Assembly (NCBI RefSeq): GCF_006345805.1
Contig: NW_021826126.1
Coordinates: 1-13,564 of the forward strand
DNA from: Octopus sinensis
Lineage: Eukaryota
Length of the DNA stretch: 13,564 nucleotides
Direction of reading: 5' to 3'
The notes beneath the pieces are model-generated. The model was not told where the DNA came from. It ran no database searches and saw only the letters and a list, made by a program, of their open reading frames with translations. The position numbers and the translations under genes were made by a program. Below are positions 1 through 7,699 of the stretch, piece by piece (position 1 is the stretch's first letter; every line of letters starts with the position of its first letter).

Positions 1-494
1 GGGGTTGCATTAATTTCTTATAAGACAGAAGCCAAACTGTGGCAGCCAGTGGAACCCTCTCCAAGGAGACAATAATAGTGGAGTGCCTCAGAGAACTGTT
101 GGCACTGCTGCTGTTCATGGTGGCTCTTTCAGACATACCTATTTCTTTACTACCCACAAGGGGCTAAACACACAGGGGACAAACAAGGACAGACAAATGG
201 ATTAAGTCGATTACATCAACCTCAGTGTGTAACTGGTACTTAATTTATCAACCTCGAAAGGATGAAAGGCAAAGTCGACCTTGGCAGAATTTGAACTCAG
301 AATGTAACGGCAGACGAAATAAGGCTGCACATTTTGCCAGGCATGCTAACGTTTCTGCCAGCTCGCCACCTTCTTCAGACATACCATCAGTTATACAGAC
401 AACCACACATACTAGCTGTACCAATGATACAAAAGTAGTACAAGAAGTCAAGGAACCTTCTGATGCTAATCTACTAAACTGCCTGGCAAAGAGA
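1..494 (+). pseudogene. CR1-clade LINE ORF2 reverse transcriptase fragment, decayed and interrupted by a SINE
   Basis: With the SINE removed and frameshifts allowed it reads FL*DRSQTVAASGTLSKETII/SGVPQ (77-91)/LALLLFMVALSDIPSVIQTTTHTSCTNDTK. This matches the CR1 RT pattern SGVPQG.VLGPLLF...SYADDTK, with YADD degenerated to CTND (417-428). Confidence 0.85.
140..373 (-). mobile_element. tRNA-derived SINE, full length, with 12-bp target-site duplication
   Basis: Exact direct repeat TTCAGACATACC at 128-139 and 374-385. Minus strand has a tRNA-like head (GGTGGCGAGCTGGCAGAAACGTTAGC) and a B-box-like GAGTTCAAATT (288-298). The central GCCTTTCATCCTTTCGAGGTTGATAAATTAAGTACCAG resembles the conserved Nin/Deu-type SINE domain (from memory). 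Confidence 0.88.
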
Positions 495-495
495 A

Positions 496-1052
496 CAGGA
501 TGCCCCTCAACTTCCGATGATACGATGAACAGCCCCCAGGAATTAGTCAGAATAGCCAGTTGAGAACTTCAGCTCCCATCACCAACTGTTTGGCTTGTCT
601 TCAGGAGATGGCTGCAGTTCACATAATACAAGCTGCAATTGTTTCAACAGTTGAAAGACACTGATAAATCTATTTGCCATGAATTTTGTACAGGGGTGTT
701 CTGTTTTCTTTGCTGGGCACAAACACCCCGCCTCTTTAAATTTAGCGTGCCAATTCAAAATGGAATGTCTGGCTGGTGCCTGCTTAGTAAACATTGTACG
801 AAATTTGCATTGGACATGTGTCCATGATTCAGTTTCAGCATATTTAAGGACACAAAATGACTTCCCTTGATTTGTGAATGACATTGCTGAATCTGAAAAG
901 AGGCAAAAAGCAAAATTGGATTAAATTTAAATAAATTGTAAATAAATTTATAGGAGAAAACTTGGCACTTTTAGCTTTTAAATGGCACCAGTAGAATCAT
1001 GATACACTTTGTAGTTCATGATATGACTTAGAATGTGACATAAAACACCCTA
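496..1052 (-). mobile_element. Internally deleted Tc1/mariner-superfamily (maT/DD37D-like) transposon relic
   Basis: ORF 579-884(-) FCVLKYAETESWTHVQCKFRTMFTKQAPARHSILNWHAKFKEAGCLC resembles the N-terminal HTH (DUF4817-type) of these transposases. It is followed by LQLV...PEDKP. The minus-strand end TA-TAGGGTGTT (to 1054) and CAGGATGCCCC at 496 both resemble CAGGGTG-type termini but match each other poorly, so boundaries are uncertain. Confidence 0.7.
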
Positions 1053-1195
1053 TAAATACCTGTGTGTGTATATATATATGTATACACACACATAAATGTG
1101 ATATATATACCTGTATATATATATATATCTGTATATACACATAGGTATGTATATGTAACTGTATATACATAGGTATGTATATGTGCCTGGGTATA

Positions 1196-1246
<51 letters not shown>

Positions 1247-1359
1247 CTATATATAGATATGATATATATTATATATATGCATATATATATATATATATAT
1301 GCATATATATATATAGCATATATATATATATGCATATATATATATATATATGTATATAT

Positions 1360-1404
<45 letters not shown>

Positions 1405-1726
1405 TATATATATATATATATATATATGTATACTATATATACCTGTGTATATACATATGTATATATAACCTGTGTATATATATATACCCATGTATGTACA
1501 TATGTATATATATACCTGTGTATAGGTATATATATATGTGTGTATGTATATATACGTGTGTGTATACCTTATATATATATGTGTGTGTATATATTTACCT
1601 GTGTATACACCTGTATATATATATGTGTGTGTGTATATATATATATTCCTGTGTATGTATAGATATATCTGTATATGTATATATTGTGTATATATATATA
1701 TACCTGTGTATGTATATATTATTATA

Positions 1727-1764
<38 letters not shown>

Positions 1765-1803
1765 TATGTGTGTGTTTATATATACCTGTGTATGTATATA
1801 TAT

Positions 1804-1897
1804 ACACAGGTGTATGTGACCGCGGTGTACCGTTGGCGATTTTTTTTTATTCCATCTTCCCTCTCCGGACTTTCCTTTTCCTATATTTCGGCGAAGA
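1804..1897 (+). repeat. Truncated duplicate of the 2110-2204 insert
   Basis: CACAGGTGTATGTGACCGCG...TTTCGGCGAAGA aligns to CACAGGTGTATGTGACCGCG...TTTCTGACGAAGA and stops inside the ribozyme-like core. Confidence 0.9.
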
Positions 1898-2041
1898 TTT
1901 ATATATATATATATTATATATACATACATATACACCTGTATATATATATATATATATATATACATGTGGTGTGTGTAATATATATATCCTGTGTATGTAT
2001 ATAGATATATCTGTATATGTATATATGTGTATATATATATC

Positions 2042-2084
<43 letters not shown>

Positions 2085-2109
2085 TATATATACCTGTGTA
2101 TGTATATAT

Positions 2110-2291
2110 ACACAGGTGTATGTGACCGCGTGTGTACCGTTGGTGATTTTTTTTTATTCCGTCTTCCTTCTCTGGATCTTTCCTTTTCCTATGTTTCTGA
2201 CGAAGAGCTCTGCTCAAAACGTAAAACCCTCCTTCTTCCCTTCCTTCCTGAGCGTCCAATAATACTATATTTGTTCCACGTTGGATTAACT
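2110..2291 (+). mobile_element. Penelope-like pseudo-LTR / retrozyme fragment inserted in a TA tract
   Basis: Pyrimidine-rich non-coding segment with a hammerhead-like core, flanked by (TA)n. This combination is typical of Penelope-like element termini. Confidence 0.6.
2193..2227 (+). ncRNA. Minimal type I hammerhead ribozyme-like motif, probably inactive (G12 to A)
   Basis: GTTT-CTGACGA-A-GAGC-TCT-GCTC-AAAA-CGT-A-AAAC. Stem I is GUUU/AAAC, the core is CUGANGA, stem II is GAGC/GCUC, and stem III is the palindrome ACGU. The site is UA. GAAA reads AAAA. Confidence 0.7.
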
Positions 2292-2454
2292 TTATATATA
2301 TATATATATATATGTGTGTATATATGTATATGTGTGTATATATGTATATGTGTATATATATGTATATGTGTATATATGTATGTATGTATATATGTATATA
2401 TTTTATGTGTATATATATATATGCCTATGTATTATATATATATGCCTATGTATT

Positions 2455-3183
2455 ATCATTATATAATGTCTGCTTTCCATGCTAGCATGGGTTGGACGAT
2501 TTGACTGAGGACTGGCGAACCAGATGGCTGCACCAGGCTCCAATCTTGATCTGGCAGAGTTTCTACAGCTGGATTCCCTTCCTAACGCCAACCACTCCAA
2601 GAGTGTAGTGGGTGCTTTTACGTGCCACTGGCATGAGGGCCAGACTTTGTGGTACTGCCAACGGCCACGCTCGAAATGGTATTTTTTACGTGCCACCTGC
2701 ACAGGAGTCAGTCCAGTGGCACTGGCAACGACCACGCTCGAATGTTTTGTTCACGTGCCACCAGCACAAGTGCCAGAGGCGACGCTGGTAACGATCACGC
2801 TCAAATGGTGCTTTTTTTACCTGAAGCCAGACAACTGCTCTGGCAGTGATCCTGCTCGGATGGAGCTGTTAGCGCTCCACTGGCACAGGTGCCAGTCATC
2901 GAATTTGGTTCAATTTCAATTTCACTTGCCCCAACAAGTTAACTTAGCTGACACTGCAAGATATTTTGAGCATCTCTGCAGTGATTCCTGATGGGCTGGG
3001 GGCTTTCCCTGCCTTCATACTCTTGATTGCTTTATCTACGAAGGTACTGTCAATTCGGATAGCTGGTCACTCTGTTGGGTCAACATTCGGCAGACTCTCT
3101 TTCTCCCATTCATTCTCTTTATTGAGCAACCTTTCATAGTGGCGTCTCCAAACCTCTCTCTTTGCTGTCTCATTTAGTGCAAG
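2455..3183 (-). mobile_element. RTE-type LINE relic: ORF2 fragment joined directly to 3' UTR/tail
   Basis: 2944-3183(-) translates LALNETAKREVWRRHYERLLNKENEWEKESLPNVDPTE*PAIRIDSTFVDKAIKSMKAGKAPSPSGITAEMLKISCSVS, the pre-RT W..HY..LLN and KA.GPSGI.AEMLK motifs. It is followed by a non-coding tail with GGCGTTAGGAAGGGAATCCAGC, ending CCCATGCTAGCATGGAAAGCAGACATT. Clade assignment is from motif memory. Confidence 0.8.
2611..2897. repeat. Five-unit degenerate tandem array (periods 67, 66, 63, 55) in the LINE 3' UTR
   Basis: Units start at 2611, 2678, 2744, 2807 and 2862. They share GGT-Tn-ACGTGCCAC..GCAC and CTGG(C/T)AACGA.CACGCTC.AAT around a variable middle. Confidence 0.85.
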
Positions 3184-3189
3184 TTTACC

Positions 3190-3606
3190 ACCTATATGTA
3201 TATGTGTATATATATACCTATATATGTATATGTGTGTGTGTATATATATATATATATATTATATGTATATGTGTGTATATATATATGTATATGTGTGTAT
3301 ATATATATGTATATGTGTGTATATATATGTATATGTGTGTATATAAATATATGTGTGTGTATACATACCTGTGTATGTATATATGTGTATACATACCTGT
3401 GTATGTATATATGTATATACATATGTGTATGTATATATGTGTGTACATACCTGTGTATGTATATATATGTATATACATATACCTGGTATGTATATATATG
3501 TATATATATATACACCTGTGTACGTATAAAAGTGTATATATATATATATCTGTATGTGTGTATATGTACCAGTGTATGTATATATGTGAGTACATATATA
3601 TATATA
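3190..3606. repeat. (TA/TG)n minisatellite with ACCTGTGTATGTATA anchor
   Basis: Directly visible; same anchor and orientation as 1055-2455. Confidence 0.95.
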
Positions 3607-4030
3607 GTGAGAATTTACAAAAAGACGAAGATGGGTGAGAAAGTCTTTTACATTTCGAGCCTATGCTCCTCAACAGAGCGGAACACAGGAAATAAACGGA
3701 GGGAAAGAGAAAAAGGTTTAGCTCCTAGCGATCTATCATGGCGAATGCCAGACAGAGAGGCCACACAAGAAAGATAGGAAGAAGAGGAGATAATAAAGTA
3801 GTTGTGATCCCAAAACAAAGGTGCATATTCTTGTGTATATGAGAGCGTGTATGTACATGTAGATGGGGCTGGTGACCTTGACGTGTATGTGTAGGTGTGT
3901 GGATAATGGTGAATGTGCTGGGAAGTGGGCAGTGCTAGTATGTGCCATGTGGTATGGTGTGGTGGTGTAGCAGAAGCAACGGTGAAGTGTAAGGGATGGA
4001 GTAGGGATGGGATGTATAGGGATAGTGGGC
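3607..4030 (-). mobile_element. Second Penelope-like pseudo-LTR / retrozyme fragment, different family
   Basis: Non-coding insert bounded by TA tracts. The minus strand carries a hammerhead-like motif about 40 nt before running into (TA)n. Confidence 0.55.
3645..3680 (-). ncRNA. Variant minimal hammerhead-like motif (core CUGUUGAG)
   Basis: Minus strand reads CGCT-CTGTTGAG-GAGC-ATAG-GCTC-GAAA-TGT-A-AAAG, colinear with the 2193-2227 motif. Stem II and GAAA are intact; A6 is U and stem I is imperfect. Confidence 0.55.
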
Positions 4031-4332
4031 TTGTATATATATACTTGTGTGTTTATATATATATGTGTATACACACCTGTGTATGTTATATATTTGTGTG
4101 TATATATACCTGTGTATGTATACATGTATTTATATATACCTGTGTATATATATATATATATATTTTTATATTTATATATATATATGTATATATACCTGTG
4201 TATGTATATATGTATATATATGTATATATATATATACCTGTGTATGGTATATATATATAGATATAGTGTGATATAATATATATATATATATATATATATT
4301 CCTGTGTATGTGTATATATATATGTGTGTAAT

Positions 4333-4364
<32 letters not shown>

Positions 4365-4368
4365 TGTG

Positions 4369-4411
<43 letters not shown>

Positions 4412-4460
4412 GTGTATGTATATAATATATATGCACACATGTGTATGTATATATATATAT
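4031..4460. repeat. (TA/TG)n minisatellite with ACCTGTGTATG anchor and three ACACATGTGT palindromes
   Basis: Directly visible. Confidence 0.95.
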
Positions 4461-5430
4461 ATTTTATATGTAGAAAAATACAAACTGGGAAGAACGTAAA
4501 ACATTAGAAGACGATACAAAAAACACGGACGGGACATTTGAAGCCTTCAGTCTTCAGTCAAGAACGGATCATCCTAGCAATTTCGGCTGATTAATCTTGA
4601 GATCGCTCCGATCCACCCAGCCCCAAGGAAAAACTAAGCTACGAGCATTAGATTTCTTGGAAGAAGGATCGAATGTATACGAAACAGGGACAGAAAAACG
4701 GACGATGCCACATGAATATAAAATACAAAAAACAATAATGGTAAAAACAGGACAAAAAAACAGCGGGTGTCTTATGACTAATAAACAGTACAAGTTTAGC
4801 TGGCGTATTTGGAGAAAATGCCTTTATCTGCAGACGAAGACAACAGATGTTCTCAGTGGTCGGAGGCCAAAAGGCTGATTTTGACCAGCGGTCAGTCACG
4901 TGAGAGAAGAGAGAGAAAAGAAAGGGGGCAAAGGAAACAAAGAGAGAGAGAAAGAGGGACGAAGGCAACAGAGGGGGGAGAAGAGAGAGAAAAAGGAATT
5001 AAAGAGGGGAGAAGAAAGAGTGCGTGCCAAGGAGGGCTAGTGAGTGCAAAGTGAGAAAGACAGAGAATTGTGAGAGAGTGGGGGGAAGAGTAGACCAAAG
5101 AATCAGAGGCAAGAAAAGAGAAAAGGAGGAGAAGTAGAGAGAGAGAGAGGGAGAAGGGGACAGATCAAAGTAGAGTGCAAAGTGTGAAAGGCAGAGAAAT
5201 GTAGGAGAGAGAGACAGTGTGTAGAGTCGTACCAAATTTACAGGAATATGTACTTACATAAAGCCAACGAGGGTACGGACGTCGCTATATATATTTTATA
5301 TGTAGAAAATACAAACTGGGACAAGAACGTAAAACATTTAGAAGACGATACAAAAAACACGGACGGGACATTCGAAGCCTTCAATCTTCAGTCAAGAACC
5401 GGATTATCCTAGCAATTTTGGCTGATTAAT
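4461..5430 (-). mobile_element. Non-coding element with ~135-bp terminal direct repeats (834-nt period), Penelope/retrozyme-like
   Basis: 4461-4595 closely matches 5293-5430 (TCTTCAG at 4551 and 5385, offset 834). Both outer flanks are (TA)n. There is no credible ORF, and each repeat holds CTGAAGA...GAATGTC (AAATGTC in the 4533 copy) on the minus strand. Confidence 0.6.
4903..5215 (+). repeat. Purine-rich (GA) low-complexity tract
   Basis: Nearly all A/G; GAGTGCAAAGTG.GAAAG.CAGAGAA recurs at 5042 and 5173. Confidence 0.9.
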
Positions 5431-5440
5431 ATATATATAC

Positions 5441-6479
5441 CTGTAGTATAGCCCGGCGTTGCTCGGATTTGTTTTTTAGTTGCGCTTAAAATGGCAGACT
5501 TTGATGTTGCGTTAACAAAGTTTTGACATAGTTTCAATCTATGAATAAAAGTATAGTGTGACGATGCTCAAGTTTGCTCTGAATGTGCTGCAAATGTGTT
5601 ATGCCGACTTCAATTGTTAGTATTGTTAGTTAATATTCCTTCTATTTGCATTATGGAGAAAAAATTTAAAGCAAAATGAAGCTCAAGTTTTGAACTGCAC
5701 TGAAAATCTATTAAGAAGTTAACACTGCAACAGTATTCATTAAGAAAAAATATAGGAAAATCCAAAATGTTAGTAAGAATAGTTTGTGGTTACAAAAAAA
5801 AGCAAAAAATGTTATTTTGAAGCCAAACGTGTGGGTAACATGAATCGAGGTTGTACCTGTAAAATGAATAAAATCAACTATTTTACATCACGTATAACTA
5901 AAAAAATCTGTAAAACAAAACATACCCATTGAAGGTTTGACTTCAACATCGTAGATAGTAACAGCATGCAGATTGCACAACTGCTACGACTGCCATACCC
6001 ACAAATAAGAATCACTTAAACTGAGAAATGTTTTGTCTTATGCTAATGCAATTAGTTTTTCTCACAAAAAATCAATTGAAATTGCTGAATTTTACTCAAC
6101 GCTGTAGCAGTTGACGACCTTGAAAATTAGTGCATTCACGCAGCGAACATTACTCCTCTGCATTGGATCAGCTGATCCGTCATTCACTCAAAATCAATGA
6201 CATCACAAAAAAATTCTTTTCGACCCTTTAGAATTGGAATTTTTGAAAAGTAAATATTTTGCATCATGTAGCTTGTTATTCTCTTTAAGCGAACATTTTT
6301 CTGGTTGAAATACACCAAAAAATGGCTACACAGCAGTCAAAAAATCGTAAAAAATAGGGATTTTCATAGAAAAAAAGCACGTTTTTGATATAAATAATTT
6401 TTGGTCTTAACAAGGTCCGATTTGAATTTTTTCTTCTATGGAATGAAGAGCAAGCCTTCTTCTATCATACTCTCAATTT
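5441..6479 (+). mobile_element. Probable non-autonomous Helitron/Helentron-associated (HINE-like) element, 3' end not identified
   Basis: Starts directly after a TA run with TAGTATAGCCCGGCGTTGCTCGG, resembling the ACTAG...CCCGGCGTTGCCCGGG imperfect hairpin at 5' ends of such elements. The body is AT-rich and ORF-free. Recognition is from memory only. Confidence 0.45.
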
Positions 6480-6770
6480 AGAGATAGCAGCATATTTGTC
6501 TGTTAATTACATTTGTAACTGTTAAAATATTAATATATAGAAACTGGTATTGAATTTTAATTAAGATAACAAGAGTCCTGACGATTGGGGTTGCATTTAA
6601 GAAATGTTCCTGTAAAAGACTGCGTGTATAAGGAACGTTAAACGCACCTCATGAAACACGTGTAGCAGAGAAACTTAGAAATGATTAGTAAGTATTAAAA
6701 TAAAATTCTATTATATAGTGTGATGTATTTTAGGATTTGGTGAATTGCATGGGGACTGCTATCTCTAAAT
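6476..6770. mobile_element. MITE-like element bounded by a perfect 15-bp inverted repeat
   Basis: ATTTAGAGATAGCAG (6476-6490) and CTGCTATCTCTAAAT (6756-6770) are exact reverse complements. Confidence 0.5.
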
Positions 6771-6884
6771 AACGTATTTCCTTATCGAGAATAATTAATT
6801 TTATTTGAATCCCTGTGATGCCGGAATTTTTATTCCTTCATAAATAAAATAATCTCTCTCTCTCTCTCTATATATATATACATA

Positions 6885-7057
6885 TGGGGCACCACCTTTA
6901 GTTGACCAAATTGACCCCAGGACTTATTCTTTGTAAGCCTTGTACTTGCATATATATATACACACACAATGGGGCTTTTTTCAGTGCCATCCAGTGGGAC
7001 TGAACCCAGAACCATGTGGTTGGGAAGCAAGATTCTTGCCACCCAGCCACTCCTATG
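6885..7057 (-). mobile_element. Internally deleted copy of the 13056-13456 SINE family
   Basis: Retains the head (CAGCCACTCC, GGGACTGAACC) and a tail part (GACCCCAGGACTTATTCTTTGTAAGCC), with two internal segments missing. Confidence 0.85.
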
Positions 7058-7297
7058 TGTATTTTTACATATGTATATATATATATTTATATATTCATGT
7101 TTATATATAACTTTTGTGTGTGTGTATGTGCATACAGGTATGAATTTGCTATTAAAATAATTACTGTGAAACCCTCAAAGGAATGAAAGGGGTAAATAAA
7201 TACATTTTATCCAAATCCTGACTCCCTTCTTTTTCTTAGTGTAGAAAATCTGTACACCACTTCAAACAATTTATATGTCTATAAATATGTATATATA

Positions 7298-7632
7298 TTC
7301 TTTTATTCTATTTATTTGTTTCAGTCATTTGACTGTATCCATGCTGGGACATCACCTTTAGTCAAGCAATTCGACCCCAGGACTTATTCTTTGTAGGCCT
7401 GGTGCTTATTCTATCAGTCTCTTTTGTCAAACTGCTAAGTTACAAAGATATAAATACACCAGTTTTGGTTGTCAAGCGATGTTGGGGGAACACACACATA
7501 TATACGACGGGCTTCTTTCAGTTTCCATCTAACAAATCCACTCACAAGGCTTTGGTTGGCCCGAGGCTATAGTGGAAAACACTTGTCCAATGTGCCACGC
7601 AGTAGGACTGAACCCAGGACCATGTGGTTGGT
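7298..7632 (-). mobile_element. 5'-truncated copy of the same SINE family
   Basis: Colinear with 13070-13421; lacks the A-box end. Confidence 0.92.
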
Positions 7633-7634
7633 GG

Positions 7635-7665
<31 letters not shown>

Positions 7666-7699
7666 ATGTATGTATAAACACATGCTCTATTATATTATT

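Larger units (their letters stand above)
1055..2455. repeat. Complex (TA)n/(TG)n minisatellite with recurring ACCTGTGTATGTATA anchor
   Basis: Directly visible alternating purine-pyrimidine tract, with anchors at e.g. 1441, 1702, 1784, 2092. Confidence 0.95.

Noticed and set aside
997-2504. Long ORFs of 420 and 384 aa and many shorter Ile/Tyr/His/Thr-rich ORFs (also 3162-4537)
   Set aside because: Translations of (TA/TG/CA)n repeats, which rarely contain stops; no protein-like composition.
2611-2897. CRISPR array interpretation of the repeat-spacer-like units
   Set aside because: Eukaryotic retroposon context, no cas genes, degenerate repeats and variable parts of only 8-11 nt. Kept as a structured tandem array instead.
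2524-2991. 155-aa plus-strand ORF (and 2403-2735 minus)
   Set aside because: Lies over a LINE 3' UTR array; open because of higher GC; no recognisable motif.
4569-5235. ORFs of 68-106 aa inside the 834-nt element
   Set aside because: No GIY-YIG or RT motifs; several are translations of the GA tract.
7215-7290. Possible splice acceptor (CTGAC branch, pyrimidine tract, AG at ~7238)
   Set aside because: No convincing GT donor or coding signal downstream; such motifs are frequent by chance in AT-rich DNA.
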